Source: Halogeometricum borinquense DSM 11551 (GTDB lineage: Archaea; Halobacteriota; Halobacteria; Halobacteriales; Haloferacaceae). From it: a stretch of 32,000 nt of DNA. Positions 16,594 through 25,237 of this stretch are shown here, in pieces (the stretch's first letter is position 1; each line of letters begins with the position of its first letter). The stretch is from assembly GCF_000172995.2 (NCBI RefSeq), contig NC_014729.1:2130001-2162000 (forward strand), read 5' to 3'. A program made the translations under genes and the position numbers. The notes beneath the pieces were generated by a model. That model was not told where the DNA came from. It did not search any database and saw nothing but the letters and a program-made list of their open reading frames with translations.

Positions 16594-17745
16594 ATGTTAG
16601 AAGGCGTGAACGTGGCGCTGGGCGTTTCGGGAAGTATCGCCGCGGTGAAGGTGGTCGAACTCGCCCACGAACTCCGGCGGCAAGGGGCGAACGTCCGCGG
16701 CGTGATGACCGAGAGCGCACAGGGAATCATCCACCCGTGGGCCGTCGAGTTCGCCACCGAGAACGACGTTGTGACTGAAATCACGGGCCGCGTCGAACAC
16801 GTCGAACTCTGCGGCCGAGACGGGTGGGCTGACGTTCTTCTCCTCGCGCCCGCGACGGCGAACACCGTCGGGAAAATAGCGGGCGCAGTGGACGACACGC
16901 CGGTAACGACGTGTGCGACGACGGCCCTCGGCGCGGACGTGCCGGTCGTCGTTGCACCCGCGATGCACGAACCGATGTACGACCACCCCGGCGTCTTAGA
17001 CGCCATCGACCGCGTGGAGTCCTGGGGCGTCCAGTTTGTGGATCCGCGAATCGAGGAGGGGAAGGCCAAGATCGCCACCGAAGAGGCTATCGTCACCGAT
17101 GTTGCCCGCGCGACGACCGAGCAGACGCTGGCAGGCAGACACGTCGTGGTCACTGCTGGCGCGACATCGGAATCGATAGATCCCATCCGCGTCCTGACGA
17201 ATCGGTCGTCGGGGCGGACGGGGCGGGAAGTCGCCCGCGCCTGCTATGTCCGCGGTGCGGACGTGACTCTCGTCCACGACGGCGACGACGTTCCCTACGC
17301 CGATGTGGTGCCGGTAGAGACGAGTGCTGAGATGCTCGATGCCGTCCTCAGCGTCGCCGCGAACGCGGACGCCCTCGTCTCGGCCGCGGCCATCTCGGAT
17401 TACACCGTCGAAACTGCCGCCGAGAAACTCCGCTCGGGCGAACCGCGCACGCTCGAACTCGAACCGACGCCGAAACTCATCGACAGCGTGCGCGAGGAGT
17501 ATCCGGATCTCGCTATCGTCGGGTTCAAAGCCGAAACGTCGGGCGACGAGGCGATGGTTGCCGCCGCGCGGAAGATTCTCGACAGAGCGAACCTCTCCTT
17601 TGTCGTCGCGAACGATGCCTCGGTGATGGGACAGGCAGAGACGCGAACGCTGTTCGTCCGACCCGAAGGGATGGCGGAGTTCGCCGGGTCGAAAGACGCG
17701 CTCGGCGGACGCATCGCAGCAGAGTTAGCCGCGGAACTGCGATAG
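16594..17745 (+). CDS. coaBC: Bifunctional phosphopantothenoylcysteine decarboxylase / phosphopantothenate-cysteine ligase
   Basis: N-terminal flavoprotein domain (GVSGSIAAVK...PAMH) fused to a CoaB-like C-terminal domain (VTAGATSESIDPIRVLTNRSSGRTG). 383 aa. Confidence 0.9.
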   Translation: MLEGVNVALGVSGSIAAVKVVELAHELRRQGANVRGVMTESAQGIIHPWAVEFATENDVVTEITGRVEHVELCGRDGWADVLLLAPATANTVGKIAGAVDDTPVTTCATTALGADVPVVVAPAMHEPMYDHPGVLDAIDRVESWGVQFVDPRIEEGKAKIATEEAIVTDVARATTEQTLAGRHVVVTAGATSESIDPIRVLTNRSSGRTGREVARACYVRGADVTLVHDGDDVPYADVVPVETSAEMLDAVLSVAANADALVSAAAISDYTVETAAEKLRSGEPRTLELEPTPKLIDSVREEYPDLAIVGFKAETSGDEAMVAAARKILDRANLSFVVANDASVMGQAETRTLFVRPEGMAEFAGSKDALGGRIAAELAAELR

Positions 17746-17776
17746 GTCGCCGCGGAACTGCGACAACTGAAGCCGC

Positions 17777-18205
17777 TCAGTCGTCAGTCGGCGTTACGTC
17801 GGTATCCTCGCCGCCGGTGTCGGGACCAGCGGGCCACGTCACTTCTGAGAGGAAGTCGATTCCCATGCGCTGAGCGGCCCGCGAAATCATGTGCGCGCCG
17901 GTCGGTGCCGTAAGGAACAGGAACACCACGGTCACGAGAGACATGAGGCCGTCACCGCCGGGACCGTAGAAAACGAACCCGGCGAGAGCGATGCTGGCCG
18001 CGCCGAGCGTCGTCGCCTTCGAGGTGGCGTGCATCCGGTTGTAGACGTTTGGTAGACGAAGCAATCCGACAGTGCCGACAATGAGGAAGAACGTCCCGAC
18101 GACGACCAAGACAGAGACGAGCGCCGTCTCTATCGGGCCGACGGCGTGCGTTGCGCCCTCACTTTCGGCGGCGAGCGGCAGTAGTTCGAGCGATAGTGGA
18201 ATCAT
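17777..18205 (-). CDS. mrpG: Mrp-type cation/proton antiporter subunit G
   Basis: MnhG/PhaG-like LLRLPNVYNRMHATSKATTLG motif. Last gene of the seven-gene operon, with an ATGA overlap onto mrpF. Confidence 0.9.
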   Translation of the reverse strand: MIPLSLELLPLAAESEGATHAVGPIETALVSVLVVVGTFFLIVGTVGLLRLPNVYNRMHATSKATTLGAASIALAGFVFYGPGGDGLMSLVTVVFLFLTAPTGAHMISRAAQRMGIDFLSEVTWPAGPDTGGEDTDVTPTDD

Positions 18206-18495
18206 TCGATGATGTCCCCCTCCGTGACGTACCGCGCCACGGTGATGGTGCTAATGAAGCCAATGATGGCAAGGACGAGGCTCACGTCGATGAAGAACCC
18301 CTGTCGCGTGAACATCGCGTAGAGGACGGCGATGGCGACGACGTTCGTGCCAATCGTGTCCAGCGCGACGACGCGGTCGGGGACGGTCGGTCCCTTGATG
18401 ACGCGGTAACTCACGAGCAGCGTGAGCGCCGCGGAGACGACAAGCGCCGCGTTCACGAGCAGACCGAGCGTTCCAGTGAGCGTCTCAGTCGCCAC
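18202..18495 (-). CDS. mrpF: Mrp-type cation/proton antiporter subunit F
   Basis: MnhF-like RVIKGPTVPDRVVALDTIG motif. The start is set at GTG 18495 because a perfect Shine-Dalgarno GGAGGTGA (18508..18501) lies 5 nt upstream. The track start at 18537 is also GTG but has no SD. Confidence 0.85.
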   Translation of the reverse strand: MATETLTGTLGLLVNAALVVSAALTLLVSYRVIKGPTVPDRVVALDTIGTNVVAIAVLYAMFTRQGFFIDVSLVLAIIGFISTITVARYVTEGDIIE

Positions 18496-19054
18496 GTTCC
18501 TCACCTCCGTCGGTCTCCAACTGCGGAACCGGGTCACCCGGCTTCAACTCCTCGTCGAAGATGACGAGGGCGTAATCTTCCCACGTCCGAATCGGCTCCA
18601 ACAGCGCGTCGCGGTCGGAGCCGTCGATGCTGTGCACGTAGAGCGTGTTCGTCTCGGCGTCGTAATCCATGGTGAGCGTACCCGGTGTGAGCGTGATGCT
18701 GTTGGCGATGGTGGTGACAGCGAGATCAGTGCGAACTCGAAGCGGCACCTCGATGACGCGCGGATTGATCGGCATCGAGGGCGCGAGTACCCGTTTCGCC
18801 ACGTCCCAGTTCGCCGTCACGAGTTCTTTGAGGAACACGAGCAGATAGAGTGTGGCGTAGGGCGCGACTTTGAGGGCGCGGCCCGGACCGAGTGTCGGAG
18901 TGTAGAACCCTCGAAGGAGGTACGCGATGATCATCCCGACGATGAGACCGACGATGAACTCCTCGGCGAGCGTCCGTGGCGTGAGTTCGACCCCGCGAAC
19001 GAATATCCAGAGGATTGCGAGGAGCAGTCCCGTAAGCGGCCAGCGTCGAGTCAT
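18485..19054 (-). CDS. mrpE: Mrp-type cation/proton antiporter subunit E
   Basis: Position in the operon, size (189 aa) and MnhE-like N-terminal TM pair. ATGA overlap with the mrpD stop. Confidence 0.8.
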   Translation of the reverse strand: MTRRWPLTGLLLAILWIFVRGVELTPRTLAEEFIVGLIVGMIIAYLLRGFYTPTLGPGRALKVAPYATLYLLVFLKELVTANWDVAKRVLAPSMPINPRVIEVPLRVRTDLAVTTIANSITLTPGTLTMDYDAETNTLYVHSIDGSDRDALLEPIRTWEDYALVIFDEELKPGDPVPQLETDGGEERGD

Positions 19055-20784
19055 GCGACCACCCCCACGAGCGCGCCGACCGATCCGAGGACGGCTTTCA
19101 TGTACCCCTCGGTATTGAGCGCCGCCTTGGCAGCGGTAGTCGCCGTTTGGTACACGGCATCGAAGCCGATTCCGAACGCGATGACGGTGACGGCAAGCGC
19201 CGCCACGACGACGACTTGGCCGGTGAGTGCGAAGGACGCCGGAGGGTCGCTAACGTTGTTCGCCGTCCCGCCATCGGCCCGACCGCCAGCGTCAGCGACG
19301 GCACTTTCATCGGCCTCAACTGACACAGGACCGGTCCAGCGACTCGGAATCGCCGCTTCGACGGCCGACCCGGGTGCGCCCCAGAAGGCGTCGTTCCACG
19401 CGCGGGTGTAGTATGCGATGGTGAGCACCGCACCGACGAGTGCGACAATGAGTGCCGCGCCCGCCCCGATAGCGTCCAGTGCGAACGCGTCGGCCGCCGT
19501 CTGGAAGACGAGCAGTTTGCCGAAGAACCCAGAGAGCGGCGGCACGCCGATGAGCGTCAGCGCACCGAGCAAGAATCCCGCGGAGAGAACCGGCGCACGG
19601 CGGGCGAGTCCGCCGAGTTGGTCGAAGCGCGCCGTTCCCACCGCCTCCTGAATCGTTCCCGACGCGAGGAATAGCAGGCTCTTAGCGAGACCGTGATTGA
19701 ACGCGTAGACGATTCCAGCAGTGACGCCCAGCATTTGGACAGTCCGCGAGTTCGCCATCGCCGCGACGGCGAAGGGCAGGATAATGAATCCAACCTGACT
19801 GATCGAGGAGTACGCGAGCAAGCCGTCGATATCCTCGCGCCCAATCGCACCGACACCGCCGACGACGATGCTCGCAGTTGCCATGACGAAAAACACCGGA
19901 CCGAAGAACGCGAGCATCGAGTCGCCTGAGATGAACGGGAGCGACACGGGCAGACTCGCCGCGGCGAACACCGTAAAGTACAGGCGGACGATGGCGTACA
20001 CGCCCACTTTCTTCACGACGCCCGCGAGCATCGCCGTCACGGGCGCGGGCGCGGCGCGGTAGGCCGCCGGCACCCAGAACTGGAACGGGACGATGCCGGC
20101 CTTCAGCGCGAACACCGAAAACAGCACCGCCGCGAGGCCGATGACGGGTGCGACGGCCACGTCGTACGTCGCCGGGTCGGCCAGCCTGCGCGCGAGGTCG
20201 GCCATGTTCAGTGTCCCCGTGGTGGCGTACAGGCCGCCGATTGCGAGGAGCATCACCGCGCTGCCCAAGAGGTTCAGCACGACGTAGTTCAGCGCCGCGC
20301 GGGTGTGTTCGGGACCGCTGTAGAACAGCACGAGGATATAGCTCGACATGAGCATCACCTCGAACCAGACGAACAGGTTGAAGATGTCGCCCGTGAGGAA
20401 CGACCCGGTGACCCCGACCACCATGAAATGATACAGCGGGTGGTAAGAGAGTCGCTGCCCGAATCCGTCCACGAAGAGAACGGAGTAGGTCAGCGCACAC
20501 AGCGACACGATGGCCGTGAGGGCGAGCATGAATGCCGACAGCGGATCTGCCACGAGGACGATGCCGAACGGAGCCTTCCACCCCGACACCTGATACACGA
20601 GCGTCTGCCCCTCGGAACCGAGCGGCAAGACGATGCGCTGGAACAGCAGCGCGACGGCGGCGAAGTAGCCGACGCCGCCGAGCAGGCTTACACCCCGGTT
20701 GATCGTATCGTTCGTTCGTGTCAGAAGCGTCGCAATGGCCGTCACGAGGGCGACCAAAAGCGGTGCGATGACAGCGGTACTCAT
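19051..20784 (-). CDS. mrpD: Mrp-type cation/proton antiporter subunit D (NuoN/ND4-like), with a C-terminal extension
   Basis: Complex-I antiporter-like polytopic protein (577 aa). ATGA overlaps on both sides. About 110 extra C-terminal residues containing an acidic loop and hydrophobic segments. Confidence 0.85.
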   Translation of the reverse strand: MSTAVIAPLLVALVTAIATLLTRTNDTINRGVSLLGGVGYFAAVALLFQRIVLPLGSEGQTLVYQVSGWKAPFGIVLVADPLSAFMLALTAIVSLCALTYSVLFVDGFGQRLSYHPLYHFMVVGVTGSFLTGDIFNLFVWFEVMLMSSYILVLFYSGPEHTRAALNYVVLNLLGSAVMLLAIGGLYATTGTLNMADLARRLADPATYDVAVAPVIGLAAVLFSVFALKAGIVPFQFWVPAAYRAAPAPVTAMLAGVVKKVGVYAIVRLYFTVFAAASLPVSLPFISGDSMLAFFGPVFFVMATASIVVGGVGAIGREDIDGLLAYSSISQVGFIILPFAVAAMANSRTVQMLGVTAGIVYAFNHGLAKSLLFLASGTIQEAVGTARFDQLGGLARRAPVLSAGFLLGALTLIGVPPLSGFFGKLLVFQTAADAFALDAIGAGAALIVALVGAVLTIAYYTRAWNDAFWGAPGSAVEAAIPSRWTGPVSVEADESAVADAGGRADGGTANNVSDPPASFALTGQVVVVAALAVTVIAFGIGFDAVYQTATTAAKAALNTEGYMKAVLGSVGALVGVVA

Positions 20785-21122
20785 TCTCCGTGACCTCCGA
20801 GTTCGTACATGTCGATGGTTCCGTGTTCCTCGTAGACGCGATACGTCAGGACGAGCGCGAGCGCCGTCGTCCCGAAGCCAATGACGATGGCCGTTAGGAC
20901 GAGCGCCTGCACGAGGGGGTCAGTTACCGACTCGGCGGACCCGCCGTGACCGGTGATGGGCGCGAAGCCGGACAATCCGCCCATCGTGACGAGATAGACG
21001 TTCGCGGCTTGGCTGATGATGCTGATACCCCAGACGACGCGAACCACGTCGCGCCGGAGGACGAGGTACGTCCCGAGAGCGAACAGAATGCCGAGGACGG
21101 CAGCGAGGACGAACTGAGTCAT
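20781..21122 (-). CDS. mrpC: Mrp-type cation/proton antiporter subunit C (NuoK-like)
   Basis: 113-aa protein with three TM helices, in the canonical position between mrpB and mrpD. ATGA overlaps on both sides. Confidence 0.85.
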   Translation of the reverse strand: MTQFVLAAVLGILFALGTYLVLRRDVVRVVWGISIISQAANVYLVTMGGLSGFAPITGHGGSAESVTDPLVQALVLTAIVIGFGTTALALVLTYRVYEEHGTIDMYELGGHGE

Positions 21123-21622
21123 TCAGTCCCCACCTCCGCGACAATCGTGAGAAGTGCTCCAACGACGGCGAAGTACACGCCGAAATCGAAGAACACCGCA
21201 CTCGCTAACTCGAACTCCTCGTACAGCGGGACGTGCTTGAAGAACCACACGCCCTGCGTGAGGAAGTCGAACCCGAAGAAGATGGGAACGAGTCCGCTCA
21301 GCACGGCGAGTGCGAGGCCACCGCCGAACAGCCACCGGTATAGCTCGACTGGACTGTGGCCGTCGTTGTCGGACCGCAGACGAAGCACCTCCGATTGGAC
21401 GTAGTCGAGGCCGAAGATGACGTAGATGAGGACGAATGCCGCCACCGTGAGGACGGCACCGATGAACCCACCGCCGGGCAGATTGTGCCCTTGCAGCAGG
21501 AGACCGATGGCGGTAACGAGGATGAACGGAACGACGATTCGGGTGATCGTCCGCGAGATAACTGTCGTGCGGCGGTCGGCCTCGTAGTCGTGCGGCCGGC
21601 TGTCGATGTCGCGTCCGCTCAT
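21119..21622 (-). CDS. mrpB: Mrp-type cation/proton antiporter subunit B
   Basis: MnhB-domain motif GHNLPGGGFIGA. 167 aa, with ATGA overlaps on both sides. Confidence 0.85.
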   Translation of the reverse strand: MSGRDIDSRPHDYEADRRTTVISRTITRIVVPFILVTAIGLLLQGHNLPGGGFIGAVLTVAAFVLIYVIFGLDYVQSEVLRLRSDNDGHSPVELYRWLFGGGLALAVLSGLVPIFFGFDFLTQGVWFFKHVPLYEEFELASAVFFDFGVYFAVVGALLTIVAEVGTE

Positions 21623-24060
21623 TGCGTCTCACCTCGTTCGCGCATGCGAATGAGCGTCAAGATGGCGAGCGCCGCCATCGCCACGACCGAAATTTCTCCC
21701 ATCGTGTCGATTGCCCGGAAGTCCACGAGGATGACGTTGACGATGTTGCCGCCACCGCCGGCGTCGGTGAAGAACGGGCCGTGTTCGGCCGGAACACCTG
21801 CGTTCTCCGCCAAGAACCCTGAGGTTGGTTCGGCAGGAGAGGCGGCCGTGGTGACCAGGACGGTGACAAACACCGTTGCGCCGACGGCGAGAGCGAGAAT
21901 ACCGTCACGAATCGACTGCGACCGATTCACCTCGCCGTAGAACGCCGGCAGGCGGTTGAGTACGAGGAGGAAGATAACCAGCACCAGCGTCTCGACGACC
22001 AACTGGGTCAACGCGAGGTCGGGTGCGTCCGCGAGGATGTAGAAGATAGCCACCATGAAGCCGAGGATGGAAAGCGTGAGGACGCCCGCGACGTGCGAGG
22101 GCGCGATGTCAACCGCGAAGGCCCCGACGACAGCGACCAGAAGGACGAGGAAGATAGCGGGCGTGACGGCGAGGTCAGAAATCCCCGGGAACGCCACATT
22201 CGCCGGGATATAGCCGCTAAAGACGCCAGCAGCGAGGTACCCGCCGAGCGTCAGTACCGTGACGCCTGCGAGCGCCCACGTGGCGTACGTGCGGAGGAGG
22301 CCGTTCTGAATGTACGGCGTCGAGCGAACACTCGTCGTCGCAAGCCCTTCGACACCGTTGTCGTACCACCAGTTTGCCCGGATCGGACCGCGGAGTATCG
22401 CGTTGATACCGTCGTGCAGGCGGTCGTAGAACGGGAACGCGACTGCGCCGACGAGAATCGTAATCGCGCTCATCACCGCATACGGCGTCAGTTCCGTGGG
22501 GAAGTGGACGGAGAACCCGTGCGCCTCGCCCGCGGCGACGCTCCCGTAGACGTGACCGACGAAGGCGTTGATGGGCGTCTCGGGACCAAGTCCGAGCGTC
22601 GCCGACGCACTGACGCCGACGACGAGGAGACCGAGTATTGCCGGCGGAATCAGCATCACGGCGGGCGGACTGTGGACGTGCCCCAACTCGTCTGGTTCGT
22701 CACCGAAGAACAGCGAGGCGAACTTGACCGAGTAGAGGAACGTGAAGACGCTCCCGAAGACGGCGATAACGGGGAACAGGTAGCCGAGACCACCGAGATC
22801 CTTCCCCGCGTACCACGCCGCCTCGAACAGCAATTCCTTCGAGTAGAAGCCGTTGAACGGCGGGAGGCCTGCCATCGACAGCGACGCGACGGTGGCGATG
22901 ACCGCCGTCACGGGCAGGTGTTTCCGCAGGCCGCCGAGTTTCGAGATTTTGCGCGTGCCCGCCTCGTGGGCGATGATCCCCGCGACCAAGAACAGCGCCG
23001 CCTTGAACGACGCGTGGTTCAGGATGTGGAACGCGCCCGCTTCCGCGCCGTATTTGTTAGCGAACCCGAACGCCGCGATGATGAGGCCGAGATGGGAGGC
23101 CGTAGAGTACGCGAGCAGTTCCTTGATGTCCGTCGCGGCTACCGCGAGGATAGCGGCGACAGTCATCGTCAGGAGTCCGAGAATGGCGAACAGCATCGTC
23201 CACTCGCCGAACAGCGGTGCCTCCTTGGAGAGGAACAACGGTCTGAATCGTCCGACGAGGTAGACGCCCGCCTTCACCATCGTCGCGGAGTGGAGGAACG
23301 CCGAAACCGGCGTCGGAGCCTCCATCGCGTTCGGAAGCCAGATGTGGAACGGCACCTGCGCGGACTTCGTGGCCGCGCCGAGACCGAGGAGGACGAGAAC
23401 CGGGACCAACAGGCCATTCTCGGCCAGGGCCTGGCGGATAAGATCCGCGTTATCCAAGAGGACAGTCAAGCTGTAGGTCGTCTCCGGGAGCGCCTGTCCG
23501 GACACCCAAACGAGAAGCAGGAAGCCGACGAGCATGAACAGGCCGCCGGAGACGGTGATGAGCATCGACTTCCGGGCGGCATACTGCGAGGACTGCTCGC
23601 TCGTGTAGTGTCCGATGAGAAGGAACGACGACAGACTCGTCAGTTCCCAGAAGACGAAAAGCGAGATGAGGTCGCTGGCGAGGGCGACGCCGAGCATCGA
23701 CCCCATGAACGCCAACAGCGTCGCGTAGTACTTCGCCTGCCCGGGTTCGCCGTGCATGTAGCCGCCGGAGTACGTCAGGATGAGTACTCCAACACCACTG
23801 GCAAGGAAGGCGATGAGGAGCGCCAACCCATCCACGTAGAACGCCAGCGAAACCCCGAGCGAGGGGATCCATTCGAGCGGGACAGTTCCATGCGCCCCCG
23901 CCAGATACAACTGTGACACCAGTCCAAAGCAGACTAGCGCCGTCGCCGCCGCAAAGTAAGCGGTGCGCTCTCCGAGAACCCGGAATACTGCCGGGGTGAG
24001 CGCCGCGGCGACGAACGGAAGGAAGACTATGGCGAGGACAACCTCCGGTGTCGGTTGCAC
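21619..24060 (-). CDS. mrpA: Mrp-type cation/proton antiporter subunit A (NuoL-like plus MnhB-like C-terminal domain)
   Basis: Large polytopic NuoL/ND5-like protein. The start is set at GTG 24060, which has an SD-like GAGGTG (24071..24066) 5 nt upstream. The track start at 24291 would overlap the divergent wHTH gene. Confidence 0.85.
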   Translation of the reverse strand: MQPTPEVVLAIVFLPFVAAALTPAVFRVLGERTAYFAAATALVCFGLVSQLYLAGAHGTVPLEWIPSLGVSLAFYVDGLALLIAFLASGVGVLILTYSGGYMHGEPGQAKYYATLLAFMGSMLGVALASDLISLFVFWELTSLSSFLLIGHYTSEQSSQYAARKSMLITVSGGLFMLVGFLLLVWVSGQALPETTYSLTVLLDNADLIRQALAENGLLVPVLVLLGLGAATKSAQVPFHIWLPNAMEAPTPVSAFLHSATMVKAGVYLVGRFRPLFLSKEAPLFGEWTMLFAILGLLTMTVAAILAVAATDIKELLAYSTASHLGLIIAAFGFANKYGAEAGAFHILNHASFKAALFLVAGIIAHEAGTRKISKLGGLRKHLPVTAVIATVASLSMAGLPPFNGFYSKELLFEAAWYAGKDLGGLGYLFPVIAVFGSVFTFLYSVKFASLFFGDEPDELGHVHSPPAVMLIPPAILGLLVVGVSASATLGLGPETPINAFVGHVYGSVAAGEAHGFSVHFPTELTPYAVMSAITILVGAVAFPFYDRLHDGINAILRGPIRANWWYDNGVEGLATTSVRSTPYIQNGLLRTYATWALAGVTVLTLGGYLAAGVFSGYIPANVAFPGISDLAVTPAIFLVLLVAVVGAFAVDIAPSHVAGVLTLSILGFMVAIFYILADAPDLALTQLVVETLVLVIFLLVLNRLPAFYGEVNRSQSIRDGILALAVGATVFVTVLVTTAASPAEPTSGFLAENAGVPAEHGPFFTDAGGGGNIVNVILVDFRAIDTMGEISVVAMAALAILTLIRMRERGETQ

Positions 24061-24138
24061 GCATGCACCTCTGAGTAGACCAGACTTAGGTGTTGTCAAA
24101 CCTCGTCGTGGATCCCCCCGCCCCGAGACCACAGAAAC

Positions 24139-24145
24139 TACTATA
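24139..24145 (+). promoter_or_regulatory. TATA-like element (tactata) about 30 nt upstream of the wHTH regulator ATG
   Basis: gaaacTACTATAgggg in the mrpA/wHTH divergent intergenic region. The spacing fits a leaderless or near-leaderless transcript. Confidence 0.3.
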
Positions 24146-24171
24146 GGGGACCCGTCACCCGGAGTAACTGT

Positions 24172-24516
24172 ATGGGCGACGAGAGGGAACGGGAGACACT
24201 GTTGGACGTACTCGGTGACGAGGACGCCCGGAGCATCCTCGCCTCCGTGGGTGAGAGATCCTGCTCTGCAAAGGAACTCGCTGACGAACACGGTCTCTCA
24301 CTGCCGACCGTTTACCGACGGCTCGACCGACTGGCCGAACACGGACTCGTCGCGTCAAACGACACCGTCGAGGAGGATGGGACACACTACAAACGCTACG
24401 AGGCGACGTTCGAACGCGCCGTCGTGACACTTCACGGCAGTGCATACCGTATCCGAATCGACCATGGTGACGAGATAACGACTGACACGCCCTCTCACGA
24501 CGATGGAGAGGAATGA
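24172..24516 (+). CDS. ArsR-family winged helix-turn-helix transcriptional regulator
   Basis: DARSILASV...SAKELADEHGLSLPTVYRRLDRLAEHGLV is a typical wHTH recognition region. 114 aa with an acidic tail. Divergent from mrpA. Confidence 0.75.
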   Translation: MGDERERETLLDVLGDEDARSILASVGERSCSAKELADEHGLSLPTVYRRLDRLAEHGLVASNDTVEEDGTHYKRYEATFERAVVTLHGSAYRIRIDHGDEITTDTPSHDDGEE

Positions 24517-24552
24517 ACTTCGTGTCATTCGCAATACGTTTATTTGATGCGA

Positions 24553-24610
24553 CGGAGAGAGACAGACCGTACGGAACGTCTCTCCGGACGAGCAGGGCTT
24601 TTTTCTTTCC
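24553..24610 (+). terminator. Hairpin (GAGAGAC...GTCTCTC) followed by a T-rich tract (cttttttcttt), downstream of the wHTH gene
   Basis: A 7-bp perfect stem at 24557..24563 / 24578..24584, extendable with a bulge. The T6 tract begins at 24599. Confidence 0.45.
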
Positions 24611-24629
24611 GTGAAAAATCACCTATAGC

Positions 24630-24636
24630 TTTATAT
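24630..24636 (+). promoter_or_regulatory. TATA box (tttatat) 28 nt upstream of the ATG at 24661
   Basis: Best TATA match in the AT-rich 24610..24660 stretch. The spacing fits transcription starting at or near the 24661 ATG. Confidence 0.4.
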
Positions 24637-24660
24637 GATATTCTGATAATCCAGAATCGC

Positions 24661-24729
24661 ATGAATGTTCCAGGCGTGGATTCGGGGGATGGGAGACTCC
24701 CGCGTCGGAACGGGAGGGTAAGTGTATGA
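24661..24729 (+). CDS. Candidate 22-codon leaderless micro-ORF (MNVPGVDSGDGRLPRRNGRVSV), stop overlapping the downstream start (ATGA)
   Basis: The ATG sits at a canonical distance from the TATA box. TGA at 24727..24729 overlaps the ATG at 24726..24728 of the 139-aa ORF. There is no other support, so it may simply be a 5' UTR. Confidence 0.2.
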   Translation: MNVPGVDSGDGRLPRRNGRVSV

Positions 24730-25145
24730 TACACAACCCCGCCCAGATGAAAAGCGCAAACTGGCCCGGACCGGACCGTAACGTCGCGGTCAAGACGTTA
24801 CAGTCAGTCGCAGACGAACCGCTCGATCTCGTTGCCGTCTACGGTGCAACGGCGTTCGACCTCTTTCACGTTAGCGACGAACTCTCCGCGTCGTACGACG
24901 ACAGAGCGTCACTCGTCGAGCGGATTTCTGACCTTGCAGCGGAAACGCGACAGGACTTCGTCCGTCACGGCCTCTTTGCCGGCCTTCGACCGACCCACGA
25001 CCGGGTCGAATACAAATCGGGCACGCTCGATGGCCGGAAACTGCTCCAGGTGTACTGCGGCGGGCGTGGCATGCTCCTGTTAGTCGATACCGACGAACCG
25101 GAAGAGCCGCTCGTCCGTGCCGTAATGGGCCTACTGAGTGTCTAA
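24726..25145 (+). CDS. Hypothetical 139-aa protein
   Basis: Acidic coding composition. SD-like GGAGG (24713..24717) lies 8 nt upstream of the ATG. The alternating secondary-structure-like pattern is loosely reminiscent of a Roadblock/LC7 fold, which is speculative. Confidence 0.55.
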   Translation: MIHNPAQMKSANWPGPDRNVAVKTLQSVADEPLDLVAVYGATAFDLFHVSDELSASYDDRASLVERISDLAAETRQDFVRHGLFAGLRPTHDRVEYKSGTLDGRKLLQVYCGGRGMLLLVDTDEPEEPLVRAVMGLLSV

Positions 25146-25208
25146 CTCCTCGTGAATCGCTGCCACGGCCCGTGTGGCTGACTGTGTACGGGCGATAGAA
25201 CCGCCACC

Positions 25209-25215
25209 TTTTATT
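25209..25215 (+). promoter_or_regulatory. TATA box (ttttatt) about 26 nt upstream of the hpt ATG
   Basis: ccaccTTTTATTccgg with the ATG at 25238. Classic spacing for a haloarchaeal leaderless mRNA. Confidence 0.45.
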
Positions 25216-25237
25216 CCGGACCTACTCTACCGGCGGC

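Noticed and set aside
22093-23916. 607-aa ORF on the + strand
   Set aside because: It lies entirely antisense to mrpA. The translation is dominated by Arg/Glu/Asp/Gly, which is typical of wrong-frame reading in high-GC DNA, while mrpA has clear family motifs and operon context.
24061-24291. 77-codon upstream extension of mrpA in the ORF track
   Set aside because: It overlaps the divergent wHTH gene and its promoter, and has non-membrane, atypical composition. An SD-preceded GTG at 24060 begins directly with the first TM helix.
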